Shown here: positions 1-7,330 of the stretch, in pieces
Layout of the letters: every line of letters starts with the position of its first letter
Position numbering within the stretch: position 1 is the first letter of the stretch
Assembly (NCBI GenBank): GCA_965232515.1
Contig: CBDDPY010000002.1
Location: 2,784,001 to 2,848,000 of the forward strand
Length of the DNA: 64,000 bases
Source: Alphaproteobacteria bacterium
Lineage (GTDB): Bacteria; Pseudomonadota; Alphaproteobacteria; GCA-2731375
Direction: 5' to 3'
The notes under the pieces: model-generated
The model's input: the letters and a program-made list of their open reading frames with translations, nothing else
Told to the model about the DNA's origin: nothing
The model's database searches: none
Translations under genes and position numbers: made by a program

Positions 1-282
1 GTAGCGCAGTCCGGCCGCCAGCGCCGCCGGCAACCGTTCAAGCAGCACCGCCATGGCGACATGCTCGCCGCTCTTGAAGGCGACGGTGATGCTGAGCATA
101 CCGATCCAGGGGATGAACAGACGCGCCAGCGAATAGGTCCAGCTGAGCGCCGCGCCGGTCACCACCATGTAGAAAAAGCCGATGAACGAGATCGACAGCA
201 TCGCCAGGACGAAGGCGACGCAAACGGCAATGACGCCGCGGTTCAACCCATCGCTGACGGCGCGGGCACGACTGGACAACAT
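1..282 (-). CDS. dctQ: TRAP transporter small permease (DctQ-like), 3' end runs off the window
   Basis: Not in the ORF track; manual translation from ATG at 282 gives MLSSRARAVSDGLNRGVIAVCVAFVLAMLSISFIGFFYMVVTGAALSWTYSLARLFIPWIGMLSITVAFKSGEHVAM, with hydrophobic helices and a DctQ-type GEHV motif; lies directly downstream of dctP. Confidence 0.85.
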   Translation of the reverse strand, partial: MLSSRARAVSDGLNRGVIAVCVAFVLAMLSISFIGFFYMVVTGAALSWTYSLARLFIPWIGMLSITVAFKSGEHVAMAVLLERLPAALAAGLRY

Positions 283-310
283 CTCTAAGGGCAGGTTCCG
301 GCGGTTCGCC

Positions 311-352
311 TCGGACGCCGGGCCGTACGAACGATTGCGGCCCGGCGTCCGA
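311..352 (-). other. Intergenic stem-loop between dctP and dctQ (mRNA-stabilising or partial terminator)
   Basis: Perfect 15-bp inverted repeat TCGGACGCCGGGCCG / CGGCCCGGCGTCCGA with a 12-nt loop, just after the dctP stop. Confidence 0.7.
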
Positions 353-357
353 AGGGT

Positions 358-1476
358 CTAGTTGCTGCCGTAACGAGCCATGTTCATTTTGTCGACCTCG
401 GCGCTGATGCCGTCGACCTCGGCCCACAAGTCATCGACCAGCTTGCCGTCGATGCCGAAGTCCGTGGTGATCCATTGCTTCCAGGCCGGGCGGGCCAGCG
501 CCGCCATCTTCTCCTTCTCGGCCGCGGCGAGGATGTGGCATTCCTTGAATTCCTTGCAGGACGCGTTCCAGCCCTGAACCGCGGCGAGCGCGGCGATACC
601 GTGCGAGATCTGCACCGCCTCGCGGGCCGAATTGACAATCACCTGCTGGTAGTTCTCGGGCAGCGACTGATACCAGTTCTCGCTGACCATCCAGGAGATC
701 GAATTGTAAACGTGGCCGCTCCAGGTGGTGTAGTCGTTGACCTCCCAAAGCTTGAAGGCGCGGCTGACGCCGGGCGCGTTGAACTGACCGTCGGCAAGAC
801 CGGTGCCAAGCGCGGTGACCACTTCGCCCCAGGGTAACGGCGTCGCCGAGGCGCCGAGCGCCTTCATGGTGGCGACATGGGCCGGGTTCTCCTCGACGCG
901 GATCTTCAATCCCTTGATGTCGTCGACGGTCTTGATCAGCCGCTTGTTGTTCGTGAACGCGACGAAGCCGCCGCCGTCATCGAAGGTGCCGAGAAAGCGC
1001 AGCTTGCTGGAGGCGATGGCGCCCTTCATGAACTCGGCGTGCCAGGGGCCGTCGAAATAGGCCCGGGCCACGGCGTAGTTCGGAAACAGGAACGGCGTCG
1101 TGATGATCTGGTACTCGCGATAGAAGGACGACATGGCGCCGGACGACATCACGGCCGACTGCAGGGTCTTACCGACCTGCGCCTCCTTGCCGTTCTCGAC
1201 CTCGGAGCCGAGCGCGCCGCCGCCGAATATCTGCACATCGATGTCGCCGTCGGTCGCGGCCTCGACCAGCGCTTCGAAATGCACCAGCGCCGGATGAACC
1301 TCGTTGTTGGTCAGATCTTCCGGCAGCAGGTGCGCGATGACCATCTTGTATTCGGCGGCCTGCGCCGCCGGTACGGCGGGCCCGACCGTCAGCATCGCCG
1401 TCAAACCAAGGCCGATCGCGACCGCCGTCGCGCGAACGCCTTTGCGTGTCACTTGTCTGTCGAACGCCAACGTCAT
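358..1476 (-). CDS. dctP: TRAP transporter substrate-binding protein DctP
   Basis: Signal peptide, GGGALGSE, DIKGLKIRV, ALGASATPLPWGEVVTALGTGLADGQFN; adjacent to dctQ. Confidence 0.92.
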   Translation of the reverse strand: MTLAFDRQVTRKGVRATAVAIGLGLTAMLTVGPAVPAAQAAEYKMVIAHLLPEDLTNNEVHPALVHFEALVEAATDGDIDVQIFGGGALGSEVENGKEAQVGKTLQSAVMSSGAMSSFYREYQIITTPFLFPNYAVARAYFDGPWHAEFMKGAIASSKLRFLGTFDDGGGFVAFTNNKRLIKTVDDIKGLKIRVEENPAHVATMKALGASATPLPWGEVVTALGTGLADGQFNAPGVSRAFKLWEVNDYTTWSGHVYNSISWMVSENWYQSLPENYQQVIVNSAREAVQISHGIAALAAVQGWNASCKEFKECHILAAAEKEKMAALARPAWKQWITTDFGIDGKLVDDLWAEVDGISAEVDKMNMARYGSN

Positions 1477-1606
1477 AACGACCTCCCAACCCGTTCAGTT
1501 TTTCCAATAAAATTCGATTTATCTGATGAAAGTATGCGCAAGGCGGCCCTCGCGGTAAATCGAATTCGTTGCCGCGGTCCGACGTCGGCGTGTCGCCGGC
1601 GGTTTC

Positions 1607-2200
1607 CTAGTGCAGCAAACGCCGCAAGGTCTGCTGATCCGGCGCGCCCGTGGCGGTCAGCGAATTGTCCCGCTGGAAGCTCTGCAACGCGGCCTTGGTG
1701 GCAGGGCCGAAGGCGCCGTCGACGCTGCCCTGATAGTAGTTTCGTTCTTTCAGCGCCTGTTGCGTGCGCCGCAGGGTCTCGGCGTAGAGGTAGGTTCTGC
1801 CCTGCTCGCCCGGCAGCTCGAGCAGCTTCGAGCGGACGGCGATGCGCTCGTCTTTCAGCTTGCCGACCAGCGCCACCACCACATCGGCGAACCGGTCATC
1901 AGGGTTGTTGCTGCAGTGACTGCCGATCATTCTGGCCAAGAGGTCCGGGCTCTCGAAGGACAGCACGTCGAACGTGTCCGGTGAGAGGTGGTTGTAGGCC
2001 GAGACATAGCCCTCCAGCCACCCGCCGAACTGATAGAGCCGGTTCGTGCCGTTCTTGGCGGCATCGACGAACTGCGCGCAGTTCAATCGTCCGATGCCTT
2101 TCAGGGCGAAGGCGCCGTCCTTGTCGGCGGCGGACGCTATGGGCATCGCCAGCCAAAGAAACGCGGTTGCAAGGATCAATCTATGCGCGGTGGCGATCAT
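1607..2200 (-). CDS. Exported protein with a small helical N-domain (2 Cys, HdeA/Rap1a-like pattern) and a C-terminal peptidoglycan-binding (PG_binding_1) domain
   Basis: ATG at 2200 with GGAGAG upstream; signal peptide; QQALKERNYYQGSVDGAFGPATKAALQSFQRDNSLTATG is a classic PG_binding_1 motif. Confidence 0.8.
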   Translation of the reverse strand: MIATAHRLILATAFLWLAMPIASAADKDGAFALKGIGRLNCAQFVDAAKNGTNRLYQFGGWLEGYVSAYNHLSPDTFDVLSFESPDLLARMIGSHCSNNPDDRFADVVVALVGKLKDERIAVRSKLLELPGEQGRTYLYAETLRRTQQALKERNYYQGSVDGAFGPATKAALQSFQRDNSLTATGAPDQQTLRRLLH

Positions 2201-2254
2201 CTCTCCACGAAGCTCCCGAATTGTCATTCTTCCCGCACGGCCCGGCGCCGGTGG

Positions 2255-3529
2255 TCACCAGAGTCGGATCGGAAACGCCAGGGTCGCATCCAGGTCGGGC
2301 GCGTCCGACGTCAGGCCGACGCCGAGGCTGAAGTCGACCGAGGTCTGGTCCGTCAGGATGTAGGAAAAGCCGAACTGGAACTTGCCGACGGTGCCGGACG
2401 AGCCGGGCACGTCGAAGCCGTCGACGGTGCTCTTGCTCTGGAAATCCTGGCTCCAGCCGAAGTTGATCGACAGATCCGTGCTGAGCGCCACGGCCGACGC
2501 GATGCTGATGCCGACGATGTCGCCGGGGTCGACGTCGCCCACGGGCTTGTCGTCTTCGAGATTGAAGGTATAGCTGAGCGAGGCGATCAGCACGGCCGGG
2601 TCGACCGCCTTGACGAAGGTCACGGTCGGACGGATGGAGTGAAAGCCGGTGCCGAGCGCCAGATCGGCGTCGTTCTCGAACGGATCTTCCGCGGTCGGCG
2701 GTTTCCATTCGATGCGTGCCAATATGTCGGGCCAAGGTCCGCGGGCGAAGAAGACCTGATTGCTGAGGCCGATCTGGATGTCGCCGATGCCGTCGTTCTC
2801 GTCGTCGATCTCCTCGGCCGGCTGCGAGGCCGTAATGCGCTCCGAGCTGACGTAGCGGTAGGGGATGCTGATGTCGGCCTGGCTGTCGAAGGGCAGGCCG
2901 ACCCGGGCGCTGAACTCGCCGATCAGCGTGTCGCGCCGGACGCGCTCGGAAACGATGTCGCCGATCACCAGCACCGGCAGCAGCGCGAAGCCCTCGATGC
3001 TGATCGCGTCGAACGAGGAGTGCGAGTAGGTATAGCTGGTCTCGACCTCGAGGCCGCCCGGCGGCAGCAACAGGAGGTTGCGCCGCTGCAGCGCCGCCTC
3101 CAGGCCCCGGAGGTCTTCGCGGTGGATCACGGCGCCGGTTGAATCGTCCTGCGCGTCGGGCTCGGCCTGCGCGGCGGGCTCGGCCTGCGCCTGCGCGAGC
3201 GGCGGTTTCGGGCGCGGCGCATAGCGCGGCCCACCGAGCGATCCGTCCGGTGTCCGCACGCGCCCGATGCCGTTGATGACGTTGCCGAGATAGCTCGGCG
3301 CAACCGCCGGCGTCAGCGACAGGTTGATCTCGGGCTCGTCATCGCGTTGCGCGCGCTCGCGTTCGAGCTCCCGCGTCAGCGTGCCAACCTGGCCTTCAAG
3401 CCGCTCGATCCGGTCGAGCAGTTCCAGGATCAGCGTGTCGCGCGTGTCGTCGCTTAACGCCTGACCGAAGGCCGGCCCCGCGGCCAAGCCGATACCCGTC
3501 AGCAACGCCGCGAACGCCCGGTGCATCAT
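2255..3529 (-). CDS. fapF: FapF-like outer-membrane beta-barrel transporter
   Basis: Signal peptide, N-terminal coiled coil (LELLDRIERLEGQVGTLTRELE), Pro/Ala linker, amphipathic beta strands, GIGDIQIG, and C-terminal SLGVGLTSDAPDLDATLAFPIRLW matching the FapF-type GLTxDAPD end; 4-nt overlap with the C39 gene. Confidence 0.8.
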   Translation of the reverse strand: MMHRAFAALLTGIGLAAGPAFGQALSDDTRDTLILELLDRIERLEGQVGTLTRELERERAQRDDEPEINLSLTPAVAPSYLGNVINGIGRVRTPDGSLGGPRYAPRPKPPLAQAQAEPAAQAEPDAQDDSTGAVIHREDLRGLEAALQRRNLLLLPPGGLEVETSYTYSHSSFDAISIEGFALLPVLVIGDIVSERVRRDTLIGEFSARVGLPFDSQADISIPYRYVSSERITASQPAEEIDDENDGIGDIQIGLSNQVFFARGPWPDILARIEWKPPTAEDPFENDADLALGTGFHSIRPTVTFVKAVDPAVLIASLSYTFNLEDDKPVGDVDPGDIVGISIASAVALSTDLSINFGWSQDFQSKSTVDGFDVPGSSGTVGKFQFGFSYILTDQTSVDFSLGVGLTSDAPDLDATLAFPIRLW

Positions 3530-4344
3530 TGCCCGGCGGCATCGAGCCCGCTGCCCGATAGCGATACGGATTGATTGACGATGGAGGTGGTGAAATCGGT
3601 GCCGAAGCCTTCCAGCACCGAGGTAATGCGGCCCGAAAGGGAGCGGCGGGTGCGCAGCTCGAGCCGCCGGCTCATCAACGCGATGTTCCGGCGCTTGTCC
3701 GGAAACAGCAGCTCGACCCGCTCGAGTTCCAGCTCATGCCGGTCGGCACTTTCGGCGCCGCCCGAGCCGTCGAGGATGAAGAAGCCGATGCCGTCCTGCC
3801 AGGCATCGAGGAACTTGTCCCTGCGGATCACCGCATTGCCGACGGCGGGATCGGCGACAAAGACCCGGTCGCCCTTGACGTCCCGGAAGATGACGAAGTG
3901 ATTGAAGCCGAACAGGAACACCGGCACGATCGCCGGCATGTTGAACTCCTGCAGATCCTCGAGCGTCAGCTCGGCATAGCCTTTGGCGTCAAGGCCACGG
4001 GCGACGGCATACCGTTTCAGATCGAGCAGTGAGAAGCCGTCCCGCAGGATCGCGTTCAGCGACCGGCCGGACACCGGCACCAGCGTCTCAACGATCTCGC
4101 GTTCCTCGACCTCCAGGCCGTGCTGATAGCGCAGGATGGTCGCCAACGCGGCGGCACCGCAGGTGAAGTCCCAGTTCTGCCGAACCACCTGATTCTGGCG
4201 GATCTCCTGCAGCGACACGACCGACTTCGTGAAGCGTTGGCCGTTGATGCGAAAATCGGCAGCGTCAGCCGCCGGCGCCGCCGCGGCAACGATGCCGCAG
4301 AACACCAGGACTGACGCCGCTACAAGTCCACATGCAGATCTCAT
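3526..4344 (-). CDS. fapD: Stand-alone periplasmic C39 cysteine peptidase (FapD-like)
   Basis: Signal peptide; VVRQNWDFTCGAAALATIL (Gln and catalytic Cys), NHFVI (His), VADPAVG (Asp), GFSLLDLKRYA; no ABC domain. Confidence 0.88.
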   Translation of the reverse strand: MRSACGLVAASVLVFCGIVAAAAPAADAADFRINGQRFTKSVVSLQEIRQNQVVRQNWDFTCGAAALATILRYQHGLEVEEREIVETLVPVSGRSLNAILRDGFSLLDLKRYAVARGLDAKGYAELTLEDLQEFNMPAIVPVFLFGFNHFVIFRDVKGDRVFVADPAVGNAVIRRDKFLDAWQDGIGFFILDGSGGAESADRHELELERVELLFPDKRRNIALMSRRLELRTRRSLSGRITSVLEGFGTDFTTSIVNQSVSLSGSGLDAAGQ

Positions 4345-4351
4345 CCCGATT

Positions 4352-4789
4352 TTACTGAAACCCTCCGAGATTGGTCTGCGTCAGATTGTTGACCGTCGAA
4401 TCGACATTGATGTTCAGGTTCATGAGAACCTGGATCACCGCGTTGGCGGCATTGAGATTGACCAGGGCGCTGAGGTTCTGCTGCGCGCTGTCTGACACGT
4501 TGACGCTGCTGGTGACCGTGTTGGTCACGAAGGTCTGCGTCGGTTCCACCACTCCGATCGGAATGGCGCTCAATGTCACGTCCCCGGTGCCATCGACGGT
4601 GAACCGATTCCCCCCGACATCGTCGATCGCAAAGCTGAGTTGATTGGGCGCCGTGCTGGCCACTTCAAACGCGCCGGCCTTCACGGCGTCCAGTTCGTCG
4701 TCTGTCATCTCGCGGCCGCCGGCCTGGCTGACGCCGGCGGCCAACGAGAGACAAGCAACGAGTCCGACTAGCAGTCTTCCATGCGACAT
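4352..4789 (-). CDS. Secreted 145-aa putative minor fibre subunit with GG-type leader and one amyloid-like repeat
   Basis: Signal peptide ending SQA, then EMTDDELDAVKAG; C-terminal VNVSDSAQQNLSALVNLNAANAVIQVLMNLNINV...QTN; GGAGATACC before ATG is a weak RBS. Confidence 0.7.
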   Translation of the reverse strand: MSHGRLLVGLVACLSLAAGVSQAGGREMTDDELDAVKAGAFEVASTAPNQLSFAIDDVGGNRFTVDGTGDVTLSAIPIGVVEPTQTFVTNTVTSSVNVSDSAQQNLSALVNLNAANAVIQVLMNLNINVDSTVNNLTQTNLGGFQ

Positions 4790-4841
4790 GGAGGTATCTC
4801 CCGTCGTTCGAAGCTCGCTAAACCCCCGGAACGGCCGTTGC

Positions 4842-5828
4842 CTAGAACCGTCCCGTAATCACGTTGCTTTGACGCACTGTCCGCGATGAGGTCGTGAACG
4901 ACCCGCCGCAGCACCGGTTGACCCAAAGGTTCGAGCCCGTGCCGACGGCGCTGGAAGCCGCGTTGACGATCTTCAGGCCGGTGGCGTTGCTCTGCGCGGC
5001 GCCCGACAGCGTGACGTCGTCATCGGCGACCTTGGTGATGTCGCCGTTGCCGAGCGAGATCACTTCACCGGTCAGGCCCGTGCCTTCGGCTTCAAGCACG
5101 CTCGCGGCCGCGACGGCGGGCGTCGACGACGTGCCGATGTTGCGATCCGCCGTACAACCGCCACCAAAACAGAAGGCGGCATCGACCGGATCACCTTCCG
5201 ACCCGACTTCGAGGCCTGGACCGGAGAACTCGAACGGCCCAACTTCGATGCCGCCGGCATTGAGGTCTATAAAGGCCTCGCCAGCGACCGCGATATCGGT
5301 GTTGTTGGGCACCGACACCTCGATGACGCCAAGCACGTCGATTTCGAACTGCGCCTGGCTGGCCGAAACCGAACTGGTCGTCTGGTCGGTGTCGAGCGTG
5401 CCGGCCGCGGTCACGGTCGTGAAGTTGTTGAGCGCACCGGCGCCGGCATTCTGCGTCCGACTGGCGACGATCTCGTTGACCTGACTTGTGTCCGCGATCG
5501 TGTTCGAGAAGCTGGAGCTCCCCACCGCGCCTTCTTCGCCATTCTGAATGACGCTGATATTGACGGCGCTACCGATCGCGCTGTCAGCGCTGTTGAACAG
5601 CTCGAGGCCCGTTGCACCCTCCTGGGCATTGCCGTCCAGGTTAATTTCGCCGCGTGCGGAGATATTCACATCTCCGTCGCCCGCCTGGATCACGCCGCCA
5701 CTGAAGTCGGTCTCGCCACCGACAACCTGGGCGAGGCTGTTGTCGGTCATCTCGACCGGACCGGCAAACGCCGGCGTCGCCAGCAGGGCAATCACGCCGA
5801 CCCCTGCCGCTAGTTTTGCTAAAGTCAT
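4842..5828 (-). CDS. Secreted 328-aa putative amyloid-like fibre subunit (paralog B)
   Basis: ATG at 5828 preceded by GAGGAG; signal peptide ending AFA; EMTDNSLAQVVGG; two repeats; rich in G/S/T/N/A/V; ends in GRF. Confidence 0.75.
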   Translation of the reverse strand: MTLAKLAAGVGVIALLATPAFAGPVEMTDNSLAQVVGGETDFSGGVIQAGDGDVNISARGEINLDGNAQEGATGLELFNSADSAIGSAVNISVIQNGEEGAVGSSSFSNTIADTSQVNEIVASRTQNAGAGALNNFTTVTAAGTLDTDQTTSSVSASQAQFEIDVLGVIEVSVPNNTDIAVAGEAFIDLNAGGIEVGPFEFSGPGLEVGSEGDPVDAAFCFGGGCTADRNIGTSSTPAVAAASVLEAEGTGLTGEVISLGNGDITKVADDDVTLSGAAQSNATGLKIVNAASSAVGTGSNLWVNRCCGGSFTTSSRTVRQSNVITGRF

Positions 5829-5933
5829 CACCGTCTCCTCAAGAGCATTACCGCGCGGTCCCTGCTCGACCGTGTTTGTGTCGTGCCGACCGCGCTGTCT
5901 CATTACGTTCCCGTTCGTCTAGCGCCGCCGGTC

Positions 5934-6959
5934 CTAGAACCGGACATGCACGCTGTTGAACTGGTTGAGGTTGTTGGCGCCGCCGCTGAACGACCGCGAG
6001 CAGCAACGGTTGACCGACAGGTTCACACCGCTGCCCACGACGCTCGACGCGGCATTGACGACCTTCAGACCGGTGACGCCCTGCTGCGCGTTGTCGGTCA
6101 GGGAAACGACATCCTCGGTCGAGACCTCGATGCCGCCGCCGATGCCGTCTTCGCCTTCGCCGTTGCCGAGGCTGATTACTTCGCCGTGCAGGCCCTGGCC
6201 ACTGGCTTCGACAACCGACGCCGCGGCAACGGCCGGTCCTGACGTCGTGTCGTTTTCGCGACTGGCGTTACAGTTGCCGCCGGTCACGTAGCAGCCGGCG
6301 CCTTCGATGCCGGCATTGAGACTCGGTCCGTTGAGCGAGAAGACATCGACGTCGACGGAGAACGTCTCGATGTTGACCGTGGCGTCGCCTGCCATGGCGA
6401 AGCCCGTGCCTGTCGGCGCCGACACTTCAACGAGTCCGAGCACGTCCACGTCGATGGCGCCGGTGCTGACCGATGAGCTGTTCGTCGTGTTGTCCGTGGT
6501 CGCGATGCCGCTCGTGGTTGCGGTGGTGTAGTTGATGAGCGATTCCGCACTGGCGCTGTGGGCCGAGCTGAGCGTGATGATGTTTTCCTGGATCAAGTCC
6601 AGCGTCGAGTCGCTGGCCGAGCTGGTCGCGCCGGACAATGCCTCGAGACCGTTCTGCTCGACCGCGAGGTTGATACCGCTACCGATGTTGGAATGCGCCG
6701 TGTTGAACACTTCCAGCCCGGTCGCCATGCTCTGGGCGTCGCCCGAGAGATCGACGTCGCCGTTTTCGGTAAGCGTCACATTGCCGTCGCCGGCCGCGAT
6801 GATGCCGCCGGTGGGCGCGAGCGGGGTTTCGACGCTGAGCTCGCCCCCGACAACGCGCGCCAACGCGTCATCGCCCATTTCCTTCGGCGATCCAGCAAAC
6901 GCCGTTGCCGCGCCGAGGCACAGCACGCCGACCGCTGGCGTGAGGTATTTGAATGCCAT
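5934..6959 (-). CDS. Secreted 341-aa putative amyloid-like fibre subunit (paralog A)
   Basis: ATG at 6959 preceded by GAGGAG; signal peptide ending AFA; EMGDDALARVVGG; two repeats; colinear with paralog B; ends in VRF. Confidence 0.75.
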   Translation of the reverse strand: MAFKYLTPAVGVLCLGAATAFAGSPKEMGDDALARVVGGELSVETPLAPTGGIIAAGDGNVTLTENGDVDLSGDAQSMATGLEVFNTAHSNIGSGINLAVEQNGLEALSGATSSASDSTLDLIQENIITLSSAHSASAESLINYTTATTSGIATTDNTTNSSSVSTGAIDVDVLGLVEVSAPTGTGFAMAGDATVNIETFSVDVDVFSLNGPSLNAGIEGAGCYVTGGNCNASRENDTTSGPAVAAASVVEASGQGLHGEVISLGNGEGEDGIGGGIEVSTEDVVSLTDNAQQGVTGLKVVNAASSVVGSGVNLSVNRCCSRSFSGGANNLNQFNSVHVRF

Positions 6960-7039
6960 GGATTCTCTCCTCAACTACCGTGGTTGCAATCGATTCCAGT
7001 CACACCCTGGCGTCAGGGTGCACGATCCGATGCGCTGAA

Positions 7040-7260
7040 GAGGGCTTCAGACGTGATATGTCGCCACAAGGGCTTAGTATGGAATTTATTCGAGTATTGG
7101 TTTAGTCATGTCGCCCCCTACCGCGCCCGGAGTATCTGTTCCTATGACTTGATACCGTCATGTACCCTTAAGGCGACTACTTTCTTAATATTAACAAAGC
7201 CGAATTTCATTTGTGTGACCAAGAAGTGACATTTCCGAATATTTGGCCATTGACACACCT
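7040..7260. promoter_or_regulatory. AT-rich divergent promoter region (fibre operon / DMT transporter)
   Basis: Clearly lower GC than the flanks, non-coding, between divergent genes; no specific -35/-10 assigned. Confidence 0.5.
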
Positions 7261-7330
7261 CAGCGGCATGCGGGGAGGTCATGGCAGCGCTGCGGATTAA
7301 TCGTTTTGCCAAGAGTGGCGCGCATACTAA

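Noticed and set aside
877-2331. 484-aa plus-strand ORF and similar long antisense ORFs (8948..10630, 18870..20858, 30856..32373, 49652..51721, 51510..53537, 53873..55435)
   Set aside because: Shadow ORFs opposite well-supported genes in GC-rich DNA, with Arg/Gly/Ala-rich composition and no motifs
3145-3200. Short AQAEP tandem repeat
   Set aside because: Low-complexity linker inside the FapF-like gene, not a separate element
3526-6959. Bacteriocin/RiPP cluster suggested by the C39 peptidase and GG leaders
   Set aside because: The peptidase has a signal peptide and no ABC domain, the substrates are large Sec-exported proteins, and there are no modification enzymes or HlyD gene; a FapF-like barrel is present instead
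4352-6959. Curli (csg) or canonical fapA/B/C/E names for the three subunits
   Set aside because: No curlin repeats, no CsgG and no NQQxN motif; orthology cannot be supported by eye
7165-7200. CtrA site upstream of the fibre operon
   Set aside because: Three TTAA words occur but none are spaced by 7 nt; only a half-site TTAAC
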